Sequence record: PX092659.1
Length of the DNA stretch: 64,000 nt
Strand: one strand, 5' to 3'
Source: a phage
In this document: positions 9,582 through 21,130 of the stretch, piece after piece
Position numbering within the stretch: the stretch's first letter is position 1
How the letters are laid out: each line of letters opens with the position of its first letter
Notes under the pieces: generated by a model
What the model was told of the DNA's origin: nothing
What the model saw: only the letters and a program-made list of their open reading frames with translations
The model's database searches: none
Position numbers and translations under genes: made by a program

Positions 9582-10484
9582 ATGTACTACTCTCTAATGA
9601 GAGAGTCAAAAGTTATAGTTGAGTATGATGGTAGGGCATTTCATTTTGATGCCCTATCAAACTATGATATACAGACTTCCTACGAGGAATTCAAGACTCT
9701 TCGTAGGACTGTTCATCGTAGAACTAACTATGCAGACTCTATTATAAATGCTCAAACCCCCTCTTCTATCTCTTTAGCAGTAAATTTCAGTAATACTCTT
9801 ACTGAGGCTAACTTTTTTGAATGGCTAGGTTTTGATAGAAAAGGTAATACTTTCTTACTCCCACTATATAGTAGTAATATTGAACCTATTATGTTCAATA
9901 TATATATAGTAAATAAAGATAATAACTGTGTATATTTTGAAAACTGTTATGTATCTACAGTAGATTTTTCCTTAGATAAGAACATACCAATTCTTAATGT
10001 TGGTATTGAGTCTGGGAAATTCTCAGAAGTATCCACCTATAGAGAAGCAGCTTCTATTATACAGGGTGAAGTAATGTCTTATAGCCCAGTAATAGCTTCT
10101 ACTAATGGTAGCATCTTACCCGGTCTTATCTCTGCCTCTTTATCTTTCCAGCAGCAGTGCTCTTGGAGAGAAGATAAGAGTGTTTTTGATATAAATAAAA
10201 TTTATAATAATAAAAGAGCTTATGTAAATGAAATGAATGCTTCGGCAACCATTTCTCTATATTACTTAAAACGTTTTGCAGGAGATATGGTTTACAATAT
10301 CGAACCGGAGACAGATGTACCTTTAAATATAAGAAATAATAATATTTCTATAGATTTTCCTTTAGCACGTATTACAAAACGCCTAGATTTCTCAGATGTG
10401 TATAGAGTTGAGTGGGATATTATACCTACTGCTTCTTCAGACCCAGTGAGAATAGATTTCTTTGGAGAAATTAAAAATGATTAA
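9582..10484 (+). CDS. tail structural protein (p140-like)
   Basis: 300 aa, AT-rich, between tail tube and chaperone-position ORFs; synteny only. Confidence 0.4.
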   Translation: MYYSLMRESKVIVEYDGRAFHFDALSNYDIQTSYEEFKTLRRTVHRRTNYADSIINAQTPSSISLAVNFSNTLTEANFFEWLGFDRKGNTFLLPLYSSNIEPIMFNIYIVNKDNNCVYFENCYVSTVDFSLDKNIPILNVGIESGKFSEVSTYREAASIIQGEVMSYSPVIASTNGSILPGLISASLSFQQQCSWREDKSVFDINKIYNNKRAYVNEMNASATISLYYLKRFAGDMVYNIEPETDVPLNIRNNNISIDFPLARITKRLDFSDVYRVEWDIIPTASSDPVRIDFFGEIKND

Positions 10485-10881
10485 TTTAAAAGATATTACC
10501 CTTGATACTCGTACTGTTACTCTTTCCTACCCAGGTATGCCGAACTTTAAATTAGAACTTAACTATATGTCTCGTGCTACCTCTAAACGTGTTATTTCTT
10601 CTGCTAAACGCGATGAATGGGTTAATGGTACTTTGATTCAGGTACAGGATGATGATAAGTTCATTGAAGCCTTCGTTGACGCAGCTATTAAAGGTTGGAC
10701 CGGTTTGACTGTAGGTGACGTTGAAAAACTGATGCTGATTGAAACAGATGCTGATCCTGCTACTGAAGTTCCTTTTAGCCGCGATAATGCTGTAATGCTC
10801 ATGCAGAATTCTGCTGCGTTTGATTCTTGGATCAACCAGACAGTGTTCCACTTAGACACTTTTCGTAGCCCAAAAGCGTAA
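10477..10881 (+). CDS. putative tail assembly chaperone
   Basis: Small acidic ORF upstream of tape measure gene; ATG 10477 with SD GGAG 9 nt upstream (track ORF starts at TTG 10462). Confidence 0.4.
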   Translation: MINLKDITLDTRTVTLSYPGMPNFKLELNYMSRATSKRVISSAKRDEWVNGTLIQVQDDDKFIEAFVDAAIKGWTGLTVGDVEKLMLIETDADPATEVPFSRDNAVMLMQNSAAFDSWINQTVFHLDTFRSPKA

Positions 10882-10942
10882 AGAACTCCTAGATGCTGTT
10901 GCTGATTTTGCAGATAAGTGTATTAAAAGCTCAGCATCTAAA

Positions 10943-11311
10943 ATGACTAAACAACAATATTTAATACTTTGTGAATCAATGGGTATAGAGCCTGATCCTA
11001 AGGCTATGCCTGTTGAACTTGAAGACTTTCCACCTATTGTAGCTATTAGTATGAATATTTATAATAGTCTAATTGACTGTTTCATACCTGGTGACTTTCC
11101 TATTTTTATAGGTAAAGACAAAGCTGCTTTAGGTGTTTTATTTGATATTTATGGGATTACTGATCCTATAGAAAAAGAATTCGTTCTACACATTATCAAT
11201 ATATTTGATGCTAAAGCTGTAGATGCTGCACGTAAACGTGCCGAGAAGCATAAACCGCAAAACGGAAGGATTCCTAACGTTAAGCCACATGCTAGATCTC
11301 GTGCACGGTAA
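10943..11311 (+). CDS. putative tail assembly chaperone
   Basis: 122 aa, immediately upstream of tape measure gene; followed by terminator. Confidence 0.4.
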   Translation: MTKQQYLILCESMGIEPDPKAMPVELEDFPPIVAISMNIYNSLIDCFIPGDFPIFIGKDKAALGVLFDIYGITDPIEKEFVLHIINIFDAKAVDAARKRAEKHKPQNGRIPNVKPHARSRAR

Positions 11312-11346
11312 AAGTTTCCTCCAATGGGCGTTCCACGATGAGGCTT

Positions 11347-11378
11347 GGCTCTGGGTGATTTGCCCAGAGCTTTTTTAT
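11347..11378 (+). terminator. intrinsic terminator
   Basis: GCTCTGGG...CCCAGAGC hairpin followed by TTTTTTATT; directly followed by conserved GGGAAAAATAAA element and TMP start. Confidence 0.7.
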
Positions 11379-11393
11379 TGGGAAAAATAAAAT

Positions 11394-14300
11394 ATGACTG
11401 ATAAGCTAATACGAGAATTATTAATAGACGTTAAACAGAAGGGGGCGACTCGTACTGCAAAGTCTATTGAAAACGTAGCTGATGCATTAGAGAACGCTGC
11501 TGCTGCTTCTGAACTAACAAATGAACAGTTAGGTAAAATGCCCAGAACTCTATACTCCATTGAGAGGGCAGCAGATAGAGCAGCAAAAAGTCTTACTAAA
11601 ATGCAAGCTAGTAGGGGTATGGCTGGTATCACTAAATCCATTGATGGTATTGGTGATAAGCTAGATTACCTGGCTATCCAACTTATTGAAGTAACAGATA
11701 AACTAGAAATTGGATTCGATGGAGTTTCTAGATCTGTTAAAACAATGGGCAATGATGTTGCAGCTGCAACAGAGAAAGTTCAAGATAGGTTATACGACAC
11801 TAATAGGGCTTTAGGAGGTACGGCTAAAGGCTTTAATGATACTACTGGTGCTGCTGGTAGAGCTTCTAGAGCTATTGGTAATACTTCTGGTTCGGCACGT
11901 GGGGCTACCCGTGATTTTGCAGCAATGGCTAAGATCGGTGGTAGTTTACCTATTATGTATGCAGCTCTTGCTTCCAACATCTTCGTTTTGCAATCTGCAT
12001 TCGAACAACTTAAACTAGGTGATCAGCTAAATCGTCTAGAAAAATTTGGTGTTATAGTGGGTACTCAGACAGGTACTCCTGTTCAGTCCCTTGCTAGATC
12101 CCTACAAGAAGCAGCCGGGTACGCTATTTCCTTTGAAGAAGCTATGAGACAAGCATCCTCTGCTTCTGCATACGGTTTTGATGCTGAACAACTTAATAAA
12201 TTTGGTCTAGTAGCTCGTCGTGCTGCTGCTGTTCTTGGCGTTGATATGACTGATGCACTTAACCGTGTAATTAAGGGTGTATCTAAACAGGAAATAGAAC
12301 TTCTGGATGAACTTGGTGTTACTATTCGTCTTAATGATGCTTATGCTGATTACGTTAAGCAGTTAAATGCTGCAAACACAGGTATAACATATAATATTAA
12401 CAGCCTTACTACTTTCCAGAAACAGCAGGCGTATGCTAATGCTGTTATAGCAGAGTCTACTAAACGTTTTGGCTACTTAGATGAAGTTTTACGCGCTACT
12501 CCATGGGAGCAGTTTGCCGCTAATGCTGATGCCGCACTGAGAAAGATTCAGCAGGCTGCTGCTAAGTACTTAGGGCCAGTAATTGATGCTATCAACACAG
12601 TATTTTATACTTCTCAGGCTTCTGTATCTGCGGAGGCAGCTAGAGCTCAAGAAAAAACCAATAGACAGATAGACCCTACCAACGTTGGTGCTGTTGCTTT
12701 AAGTTTAACTGCTTCTGAAGAAGGCTATAATAAAGCTCTAGATATGTATAAGGAATCTCTTGATAAGCGTAATAAGCTAAAATCTGAGTTCGATAAACGA
12801 ATGGAACAAGCAGATTTCTATACAAAACTAGCTATACGTCAAGTTGGTGAAGGTATTCCTGTTGGTCTTGCAGCAGCAGGTGCTTCGGAGGCCAATAAGC
12901 AATTTGTAGCAGAAACTGCAGCTATGGGTCTACAAGTAACTAGACTTGGTAAGGAAGTAGAGGATTCTACTGAAAACCTTAATGCCTGGAAATCAGCGTA
13001 TCAAGCTGCTGGAGCTGCTGCTGCAAAAGCTAACCCCGAGTTTCAGAAGCAAATTAATCTACAGAGAGATACTACTGATCCTGATGCTGTATACGATTTT
13101 AACTCTACTGTATTAAAAGGACTAACCGAGCAGCAGAAAGCGTACAATCAGACTAAGAAAACTGCTAGTGACTTAGCTAATGATATACAGAACGTTGCTC
13201 AGAATACAGATACTGCTGCTAAAACTAGTGCTACTTTAGCAGATGCTATAAAAAACATAGAATCTCTATCTCTAGGTACGGGTAAAAGTGCAGATGAGTA
13301 TGTTAAAAATCTTAATTTAGGCTATAATACGTTATCTGAGATGAAAACTGCTTCTCAGGCCTTGTCCGAGTATGTTAAACTAACTGGTAATGAAACTAAA
13401 AATCAGTTAGCAGTTCAACAGAAAATAGCCGATGTGTATAATCAAACTAAGGATAAGGAAAAGGCTCAGGAAGCTGGTAGACGTTTAGAGTTGCAACAGT
13501 TAGAAGAGCAAGAAGCTGCTTTACGCCGTGTTCTTCAAACAAACCAGGGAAATAAAGCTGTTGAAAAAGAAATTGAAAAAATTCAGCTGGAGAAGCTTAA
13601 ACTTACTAATCAGGGTATGGAAGCCCAGAAGAAGGTTAAAGATTACACAGATAAAATTCTTGGTGTAGATCGTGAGATAGCTCTTCTGAATGACCGCACT
13701 ATGACTACTACTCAATATAGATTAGCTCAGCTAAAACTAGAACTAACTATAGAGAAAGAGAAGTACGAATGGTATACAAAACAAGCGGACAAACAGAAAG
13801 AGGCAGAACAGTCTAGACGTGCTCAAGCACAAATAAGTAGAGAAATATGGGAAGCGGAGAAACAGGCAACTGCCTCACATGTATCAGCTCTCATGGATGC
13901 GCTAGAGGTCAGTCAAACGCAGAGGAATGTTACTGGTCAATCTCAAATTCTTACTGAAAGATTATCCATTCTGCAGCAACAGCTGGAGCTGTCTAAGGGC
14001 AATACTGAGGAAGAAATTAAATATCGTAATGAGATTTATAAAACTTCGGCGGCCTTAGAGCAGCTTAGAAAACAGAGAGATACCCAGATGCAGCAACAGG
14101 TGGGATCTTCTGTAGGTGCTGTATATACTCCTACAACTGGACTATCTGGGGAGGATAAAGATTTTGCTGATATGCAAAATAGAATGGCCTCCTATGATCA
14201 GGCAATCTCTAAACTATCTGAGCTAAACTCTGAAGCAACCGCTGTAGCTCAAAGCATGGGTAACCTAACTAATGCTATGATTCAATTCTCTCAGGGATCT

Positions 14301-15074
14301 TTAGATACTACATCTATGATTGCTTCCGGTATGCAGACCGTAGCCTCTATGATTCAATATAGTACTAGTCAACAGGTTAGTGCAATTGATCAGGCTATTG
14401 CAGCAGAACAGAAACGTGATGGTAAATCAGAAGCATCTAAAGCTAAGTTGAAGAAGTTGGAAGCTGAAAAGTTGAAGATTCAACAAGACGCAGCTAAGAA
14501 GCAGATCATCATCCAAACTGCAGTAGCTGTAATGCAGGCGGCGACAGCTGTACCGTACCCATTCTCTATTCCTTTGATGGTGGCAGCAGGTTTGGCAGGT
14601 GCCTTAGCTCTTGCTCAAGCATCTTCTGCATCTGGTATGTCTTCTATTGCAGATTCTGGAGCTGATACCACTAGTTATTTAACTCTTGGAGAGCGTCAGA
14701 AGAACATTGATGTATCTATGTCTGCTAATGCTGGAGAACTATCTTATGTACGTGGTGATCAAGGTATTGGTAATGCTAATTCATTTGTGCCGCGTGCCGA
14801 AGGTGGTAATATGTACCCAGGGGTTAGCTATCAGATGGGAGAACATGGTACAGAAGTAGTTACACCTATGATTCCTATGAAAGCTACACCTAATGATGAG
14901 TTAAAAAATTCCTCTAATTCAACTTCAGGAAGACCTATCATCCTGAATATTAGTGCTATGGATGCTGCTAGTTTTAGAGAGTTCGCCTCTAGTAATAGCG
15001 GTGCTCTGAGGGATGCAGTAGAATTAGCTCTGAATGAAAATGGTGCTAGCCTAAAAACACTAGGAAATTCTTAA
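11394..15074 (+). CDS. tape measure protein (pb2-like)
   Basis: 1226 aa, long alpha-helical/coiled-coil protein, Ala/Gln/Lys rich; hydrophobic segment AVAVMQAATAVPYPFSIPLMVAAGLAGALALAQA near C-terminus; canonical position. Confidence 0.9.
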   Translation: MTDKLIRELLIDVKQKGATRTAKSIENVADALENAAAASELTNEQLGKMPRTLYSIERAADRAAKSLTKMQASRGMAGITKSIDGIGDKLDYLAIQLIEVTDKLEIGFDGVSRSVKTMGNDVAAATEKVQDRLYDTNRALGGTAKGFNDTTGAAGRASRAIGNTSGSARGATRDFAAMAKIGGSLPIMYAALASNIFVLQSAFEQLKLGDQLNRLEKFGVIVGTQTGTPVQSLARSLQEAAGYAISFEEAMRQASSASAYGFDAEQLNKFGLVARRAAAVLGVDMTDALNRVIKGVSKQEIELLDELGVTIRLNDAYADYVKQLNAANTGITYNINSLTTFQKQQAYANAVIAESTKRFGYLDEVLRATPWEQFAANADAALRKIQQAAAKYLGPVIDAINTVFYTSQASVSAEAARAQEKTNRQIDPTNVGAVALSLTASEEGYNKALDMYKESLDKRNKLKSEFDKRMEQADFYTKLAIRQVGEGIPVGLAAAGASEANKQFVAETAAMGLQVTRLGKEVEDSTENLNAWKSAYQAAGAAAAKANPEFQKQINLQRDTTDPDAVYDFNSTVLKGLTEQQKAYNQTKKTASDLANDIQNVAQNTDTAAKTSATLADAIKNIESLSLGTGKSADEYVKNLNLGYNTLSEMKTASQALSEYVKLTGNETKNQLAVQQKIADVYNQTKDKEKAQEAGRRLELQQLEEQEAALRRVLQTNQGNKAVEKEIEKIQLEKLKLTNQGMEAQKKVKDYTDKILGVDREIALLNDRTMTTTQYRLAQLKLELTIEKEKYEWYTKQADKQKEAEQSRRAQAQISREIWEAEKQATASHVSALMDALEVSQTQRNVTGQSQILTERLSILQQQLELSKGNTEEEIKYRNEIYKTSAALEQLRKQRDTQMQQQVGSSVGAVYTPTTGLSGEDKDFADMQNRMASYDQAISKLSELNSEATAVAQSMGNLTNAMIQFSQGSLDTTSMIASGMQTVASMIQYSTSQQVSAIDQAIAAEQKRDGKSEASKAKLKKLEAEKLKIQQDAAKKQIIIQTAVAVMQAATAVPYPFSIPLMVAAGLAGALALAQASSASGMSSIADSGADTTSYLTLGERQKNIDVSMSANAGELSYVRGDQGIGNANSFVPRAEGGNMYPGVSYQMGEHGTEVVTPMIPMKATPNDELKNSSNSTSGRPIILNISAMDAASFREFASSNSGALRDAVELALNENGASLKTLGNS

Positions 15075-15081
15075 AACTGGA

Positions 15082-15109
15082 GGAGGACTTTGAGTCCTCC
15101 TTTTCTTTA
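15082..15109 (+). terminator. intrinsic terminator after tape measure gene
   Basis: GGAGGACTTTGAGTCCTCC hairpin followed by TTTTCTTTA. Confidence 0.75.
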
Positions 15110-15127
15110 TGGAAAAATAAAAATTTC

Positions 15128-15156
15128 TTGATAAAATTTTCTAATACTATTATAAT
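15128..15156 (+). promoter_or_regulatory. sigma70-type promoter upstream of pb9-like gene
   Basis: TTGATA (15128-15133), 17-bp spacer, TATAAT (15151-15156); SD AAGAGGAG and ATG at 15184. Confidence 0.6.
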
Positions 15157-15183
15157 AATTGTATCTAAGAGGAGAAATTAACT

Positions 15184-15798
15184 ATGAGATTACCAGACCC
15201 ATACACGAATCCAGAACTTTCAGGATTAGGATTCGAAAGTGTTAACCTGATTGATAATGACCCAGTAATTCGTGATGAGTTACCAAATGGTAAAGTTAAC
15301 GAAGTTAAGGTATCTGCTCAATACTGGGGTATAAATATTTCTTATCCAGAATTATTTCCAGATGAATATAATGTTCTAGATGCTTTTATTCTAGAATACA
15401 AAAGGACTGGTAGTTATATAGATGTTATATTACCACAATACGAAGCTTTTAGAGTTAGAGGTAATACTAGTCTAGTAAATATACCTGCTGGACAGAAGGG
15501 TTCTAATATAACTATGGATACAAAAGGACTTCTTATCGGTACTCCAAAACCAGGGGATCTATTTAAGCTATCTAACCATCCAAAAGTATATAAAATAACA
15601 TCATTCAATAAATCAGGTAATACGTGGTCTATAAACTTATATCCTGATTTATTTATAACTACTACTGGGGCTGAGAAACCCATATTTAACGGAATACTAT
15701 TTAGAACAAAACTCATGAATGGTGATGCTTTCGGATCTACATTAAATAATAACGGAACATATTCCGGCATCTCATTAAATTTACGGGAAAGTTTATGA
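15184..15798 (+). CDS. distal tail protein (pb9-like)
   Basis: 204 aa, identical length to T5 pb9, directly downstream of TMP. Confidence 0.7.
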   Translation: MRLPDPYTNPELSGLGFESVNLIDNDPVIRDELPNGKVNEVKVSAQYWGINISYPELFPDEYNVLDAFILEYKRTGSYIDVILPQYEAFRVRGNTSLVNIPAGQKGSNITMDTKGLLIGTPKPGDLFKLSNHPKVYKITSFNKSGNTWSINLYPDLFITTTGAEKPIFNGILFRTKLMNGDAFGSTLNNNGTYSGISLNLRESL

Positions 15799-18644
15799 AG
15801 AAAATACTAGATAGTGCTAGAAACTACTTAAAAAATAATAGCAGAATAAAAACTGCTAGTCTAATTTCCCTAGAATTACCTGGCTCTACTGGTACTAGTA
15901 CTGCTTTTATTTATTTAACTGATTATTTTAGAGATGTACTATATAATGGTATTTTGTACCAGGCCGGTAAGGTTAAGTCCATTAGCACACATAAACAAAA
16001 TAGAGATTTATCTATTGGCAGTCTATCTTTTACTATTACAGGTACAGCGCAGGATGAAGTACTTAAATTAGTGCAGAATGGTGTGTCCTTTTTAGATAGA
16101 ATAGTATCAATCCACCAAGCAATTATTACAGAAGATGGTTCTATTTTACCGGTAGACCCAGACACAAATGGCCCTTTATTATACTTTAGAGGAAGAATTA
16201 CCGGTGGTGGTATTAAGGACAACATTAGTACTTCTGGGGTTGGAACATCCACAATTACTTGGAATTGTTCTAACCAGTTCTATGATTTTGATAGGGTTAA
16301 TGGTAGATTTACTGATGATGCTTCTCATAGAGGGCTTGAGGTTGTAGCAGGGCAGTTAGTTCCATCTAACGGGGCTAAAAGACTTGAATACCAAGAAGAT
16401 TATGGGTTCTTTCATGCCAATAAAAGTATCTCTATTCTAGCAAAATATCAGGTACAGGAAGAAAGATACAAGCTAAAGTCTAAGAAAAAGCTATTTGGCC
16501 TATCTAGAAGCTATAGTCTTAAAAAGTACTATGAGACTGTTACTAAAGAAGTAGATATAGATTTTAACCTTGCTGCTAAGTATATACCAGTAGTTTATGG
16601 TGTACAGAAAATACCAGGAATACCTATTTTTGCGGATACGGAATTACACAATCCTAATATAGTTTATGTAGTATATGCTTTTGCGGAAGGAGAGATAGAC
16701 GGTTTTCTTGATTTTTCCTTTGGGGATAACCCCATGATTTGTATGGACTCTAATGATAGCTCTGCTAGAACCTGTTTCGGTGTTAAAAAAGTAGCCGGAG
16801 ACACCATGCAAAGAATAGCATCGGGAATATCTTCTAGTAGTCCTTCTGTGCATGGTCAGGAATACAAGTATAATGATGGTAATGGTGATATAAGGATTTG
16901 GACCTATCATGGAAAAGCTGATCAAACGGCTTCTGAAGTATTAGTAAATATAGCGAAGGAACGTGGGTTCTATCTCCAAAATATGAACGGTAATGGGCCT
17001 GAATACTGGGATGCTAGATATAAACTATTAGATACTGCATACGCGATAGTACGCTTTACTATTAATGAAAATAGAACTGAGATTCCAGAAGTTAGTGCTG
17101 AGATTCAGGGTAAGAAGATAAAAATCTACCATTCTGATGGTAGAGTAACTGCTAATAGTACTAGTTTAAATGGTATTTGGCAAACACTTGACTACTTAAC
17201 TTCAGATAGGTATGGCGCTAATATTACCATTGATCAGTTCCACCTTCAGCAATTAATACAGGAAGCAGCTATTTTAGATATTATAGATGAATCCTATCAG
17301 GTATCTTGGCAGCCATACTGGAGATACGTTGGGTGGACTGATCCACTAGCAGAAAATAGACAAATAGTACAGATGAATACTATTCTAGACACATCTGAAT
17401 CAGTATTTAAAAATGTGCAAGGTTTATTAGAGTCCTACGGTGGGGCTATTAACAACTTATCTGGCCAGTACAGGGTTACTGTAGAAAAATACTCTAATAC
17501 TCCATTAGAGATTAATTTTCTAGATACTTATGGTGATTTGGAGCTATCAGATACTACTGGTAGAAATAAATTCAACTCAGTTCAAGCATCTATCGTAGAC
17601 CCAGCCCTTAGCTGGAAAACTAATTCCATTACATTCTATAACTCCAAGTATAAGGAACAGGACAAGAACCTGGATAAAAAATTACAACTATCTTTTGCTA
17701 ATATTACTAATTACTATACTGCAAGAAGTTTTGCGGATAGAGAACTTAAGAAATCCAGATACTCAAGAACACTTTCTTTCTCATTGCCATATCAATTCAT
17801 TGGTATTGAGCCTAATGATGCTATTGCATTCACATATGATCGTTATGGATGGGACAAAAAGTATTTCCTAGTTGATGAGGTTGAAAACTCTAGAGAGGGT
17901 AAGATAAATGTTACTCTACAGGAGTATGGAGAAGATGTATTCATTAACTCTGAGCAGGTTGATAATAGCGGTAATGATATACCAGATATTAGTAACAATG
18001 TTCTTCCTCCTAGAGATTTTAAGTATACTCCTACACCCGGTGGCTTAGTTGGTTCTATAGGTAAAAATGGTGAGTTATCCTGGCTTCCGAGTCTAACCAA
18101 TAATGTAGTTTATTACTCTATCGTGCACTCAGGCCATGCCGAACCTTACATAGTACAACAGTTAGAGACCAATCCTAACGAACGTATGATCCAAGAAATA
18201 ATTGGGGAACCAGCAGGTCTGGCTATATTTGAGATAAGGGCAGTAGATATTAATGGTAGAAGAAGTTCCCCGGTGACTCTGTCTATAGAACTTAACTCTG
18301 CTAAAAACCTTAGTGTAGTATCTAATTTTAGGGTAACTAATACTGCTTCTGGAGATGTAACTGAGTTTGTTGGCCCAGATGTGAAACTAGCCTGGGATAG
18401 AATACCTGAAGAAGATATAATAGAGAGTATATTTTATACCCTTGAAATACACGATTCACAAAATAGGATGTTAAGAAGTGTACGTATTGAAAATCAGTAT
18501 ACTTATGACTATTTATTAACGTATAATAAGGCAGACTTTGCTCTCCAGAACAGTGGTGCTCTAGGTATAAATAGAAAATTGTATTTTCGTATTAGGGCTG
18601 AAGGGGATGATGGAGAACAGTCTGTGGAGTGGGCATCCATTTAA
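15795..18644 (+). CDS. baseplate hub protein (pb3-like)
   Basis: 949 aa, same length as T5 pb3; position after distal tail protein. Confidence 0.75.
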   Translation: MKKILDSARNYLKNNSRIKTASLISLELPGSTGTSTAFIYLTDYFRDVLYNGILYQAGKVKSISTHKQNRDLSIGSLSFTITGTAQDEVLKLVQNGVSFLDRIVSIHQAIITEDGSILPVDPDTNGPLLYFRGRITGGGIKDNISTSGVGTSTITWNCSNQFYDFDRVNGRFTDDASHRGLEVVAGQLVPSNGAKRLEYQEDYGFFHANKSISILAKYQVQEERYKLKSKKKLFGLSRSYSLKKYYETVTKEVDIDFNLAAKYIPVVYGVQKIPGIPIFADTELHNPNIVYVVYAFAEGEIDGFLDFSFGDNPMICMDSNDSSARTCFGVKKVAGDTMQRIASGISSSSPSVHGQEYKYNDGNGDIRIWTYHGKADQTASEVLVNIAKERGFYLQNMNGNGPEYWDARYKLLDTAYAIVRFTINENRTEIPEVSAEIQGKKIKIYHSDGRVTANSTSLNGIWQTLDYLTSDRYGANITIDQFHLQQLIQEAAILDIIDESYQVSWQPYWRYVGWTDPLAENRQIVQMNTILDTSESVFKNVQGLLESYGGAINNLSGQYRVTVEKYSNTPLEINFLDTYGDLELSDTTGRNKFNSVQASIVDPALSWKTNSITFYNSKYKEQDKNLDKKLQLSFANITNYYTARSFADRELKKSRYSRTLSFSLPYQFIGIEPNDAIAFTYDRYGWDKKYFLVDEVENSREGKINVTLQEYGEDVFINSEQVDNSGNDIPDISNNVLPPRDFKYTPTPGGLVGSIGKNGELSWLPSLTNNVVYYSIVHSGHAEPYIVQQLETNPNERMIQEIIGEPAGLAIFEIRAVDINGRRSSPVTLSIELNSAKNLSVVSNFRVTNTASGDVTEFVGPDVKLAWDRIPEEDIIESIFYTLEIHDSQNRMLRSVRIENQYTYDYLLTYNKADFALQNSGALGINRKLYFRIRAEGDDGEQSVEWASI

Positions 18645-20701
18645 TGATTTCAAATAATGCACCAGCCAAAATGGTCTTAAATAGTATAATGACTGGATAT
18701 ACTTTGGCTTATGTCCAGCACTCCATTTATACTGATTATGATGTTATTGGTAGATCTTTTTGGTTAAAAATAGGAGAAAGTATAGATAGACGTGATTACA
18801 CCGGTATAGATACTTTCTTCGTAATGATTAATAATCTAACCCCCTCTACCTCCTATGAGATTCAGGGGGCTTTCTATGACTCAATTATTGACTCAGAGTT
18901 ACTGGAAGCTAAGATTGGTATCAACCTCTCTAATGAAACTAACTTTAGAACAAAGGAAAAGCCAATAATTACTGCAGCAAGATCTGAATCAGAACCCGTT
19001 GACGTTGGTGTTGGTGCTCCAATAGTTGTTGTAGAGACTGCTGGTGAAGCTAGTTACTGCACTATTGAATTAAAAAGTACTGCATCAGAAGATAGTGAAT
19101 GGGTTAAATATTATATAGGCGCACTGGGACCTACTATCAAATTTGGTGGTGTTCCTGTTGGCGACTATAAGATCAGAATATCTGGTCAAATTACGATGCC
19201 AGATGGTGTTACAGTTGACTCATCTGGTTATTATGAATATCCTAGCATTTTCACTGTAGCTTATAATTTTGTACCACCTACTGCACCTACTAACATTGCC
19301 TTTAAAGCTGCACGAATTGCAGATGGTAAGGAACGATATGATGTCAGAATAGAGTGGGACTGGGAACGTGGTGCGGGTGCTAATGTCCGTGAATTTCTGG
19401 TTACTTATATAAACTCTGAAGAATACGCTAAGACTGGCTGGGCTAAAGCTCAAAAGATAAACGTTGGGGCTGCTAGAGCTGCAACGATTATATCATTCCC
19501 GTGGAAAGTTGAGCATACTTTTAAGGTATCATCAATTGCCTGGGGACCAAATAAGCAAGATATAACAGAATCAGCTCCTGTAACATTTATATTAAATGAA
19601 GATACTCCTCTAGACAACAGCTTTGTCAATGAGACTGGTATTGATGTTAACTATGCCTTTATTAAGGGCAGCATGAAAGATGGAGAAATCTGGAGACAGA
19701 CATTCTTAATCGACGCAGCTACTGGTGCTATTAACATTGGTCTGCTAGATGAAGAAGGAAAAGCACCTATTTCTTTTGACCCTATAAACCGTGTTGTTAA
19801 CGTTGATGGTAAAGTAATTACTAGAGATATTAATGCTGCGAGCTTTATCATGACTAACTTATCTGGTAAGGATAATCCAGCAATTTACACTCAAGGTAAA
19901 TCTTGGGGTGATAATAACTCCGGTATTTGGATGGGTATGGATAATACTTCTGCCAAAGCTAAACTAGACATTGGTAACGCTACACAATGGATACGTTATG
20001 ATGGTACTACTTTGCGTATCTCTAGTGGTGTAGTAATTGGAACTCCTAATGGCGATGTAGATCTGGGTACTGGTATGCAAGGTAAGCAAACAGTATTTGT
20101 TTATAAGTTAGCAACATCTCTACCTGCTAAACCACTAGAACAAGATTATCCGCCCCCTGGTTGGTCAAAAACTCCGCCTAACCGTACAGATATGACACAA
20201 AATATCTATGCCACTACAGGTACGCTTGATCCAGTTACTAATAGGTTATTAGAGGGTACTAGCTGGTCGGATGCAGTTCAGTGGAGTGGTACTGAAGGTA
20301 CTATAGGGCATGATGGACAACGTGGTCCTGGGATGTATTCTGTAGGTATAGCAGGTTTAGGTGGTTGGGATGATGGACAAGCTAATTCCTTCTTTCAAAG
20401 TAACTTCGGTTCTCCACCAGTTAAATACGATGTATTAACTGAATTTAATAGTAATGCCCCCCAATCAGCATTTACAAGGCAATGGAATGGGTCTGGTTGG
20501 GTTAACCCTGCAATGGTTCTCCACGGAAACATGATTGTTAACGGAACGGTGACGGCAGATAAAATTGTAGCAGGAAATGCTTTCTTATCCCAGATCGGTG
20601 TTAACATCATTTATGATAGGAACGCTGCATTATCCGGAAACCCTGAGGCGTACTATAAGATGAAGATAGACCTAAATAGTGGGTATATCCATATAAGGTA
20701 A
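18644..20701 (+). CDS. central straight fibre / baseplate tip protein (pb4-like)
   Basis: approx 685-690 aa; ATG 18644 overlaps pb3 stop (TAATG), track ORF starts at GTG 18629. Confidence 0.62.
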   Translation: MISNNAPAKMVLNSIMTGYTLAYVQHSIYTDYDVIGRSFWLKIGESIDRRDYTGIDTFFVMINNLTPSTSYEIQGAFYDSIIDSELLEAKIGINLSNETNFRTKEKPIITAARSESEPVDVGVGAPIVVVETAGEASYCTIELKSTASEDSEWVKYYIGALGPTIKFGGVPVGDYKIRISGQITMPDGVTVDSSGYYEYPSIFTVAYNFVPPTAPTNIAFKAARIADGKERYDVRIEWDWERGAGANVREFLVTYINSEEYAKTGWAKAQKINVGAARAATIISFPWKVEHTFKVSSIAWGPNKQDITESAPVTFILNEDTPLDNSFVNETGIDVNYAFIKGSMKDGEIWRQTFLIDAATGAINIGLLDEEGKAPISFDPINRVVNVDGKVITRDINAASFIMTNLSGKDNPAIYTQGKSWGDNNSGIWMGMDNTSAKAKLDIGNATQWIRYDGTTLRISSGVVIGTPNGDVDLGTGMQGKQTVFVYKLATSLPAKPLEQDYPPPGWSKTPPNRTDMTQNIYATTGTLDPVTNRLLEGTSWSDAVQWSGTEGTIGHDGQRGPGMYSVGIAGLGGWDDGQANSFFQSNFGSPPVKYDVLTEFNSNAPQSAFTRQWNGSGWVNPAMVLHGNMIVNGTVTADKIVAGNAFLSQIGVNIIYDRNAALSGNPEAYYKMKIDLNSGYIHIR

Positions 20702-20707
20702 TAAATA

Positions 20708-21130
20708 ATGAGTACTGAAAATAGAGTTATAGACTTAGTGATAGATGAGAAAGTACCTTATGGTCTAATGATGCAATTCTTAGATGTTGATGATAGTACT
20801 TATCCACCTACAAATACCCCTGTTAACTTAACAGGGTATTCCCTAAGGGGTACTATAAAGGCCGGGCTTGATGAGAACGCGGAAACTTTGGCATCTTTTA
20901 CTACTAAAATTATTGATGCTGCTCAAGGTGCTATAGCTATAAGTTTACCTGTAGAGGCGGTAGATAATATTGGTGAAAAAGCTACCAAAGAGAGAGATAA
21001 GTATAACCCTCGCCAACGTTTTGCAGGATACTATGATATAATTATGACACGAGATGTCATAGGATCAGCTATTAGCTCTTTTCGTATAATGGAGGGTAAA
21101 GTATTTATCAGTGATGGGGTAACTAGATAA
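20708..21130 (+). CDS. collar protein (p132-like)
   Basis: 140 aa, between pb4-like gene and L-shaped fibre genes, same size as T5 p132. Confidence 0.5.
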   Translation: MSTENRVIDLVIDEKVPYGLMMQFLDVDDSTYPPTNTPVNLTGYSLRGTIKAGLDENAETLASFTTKIIDAAQGAIAISLPVEAVDNIGEKATKERDKYNPRQRFAGYYDIIMTRDVIGSAISSFRIMEGKVFISDGVTR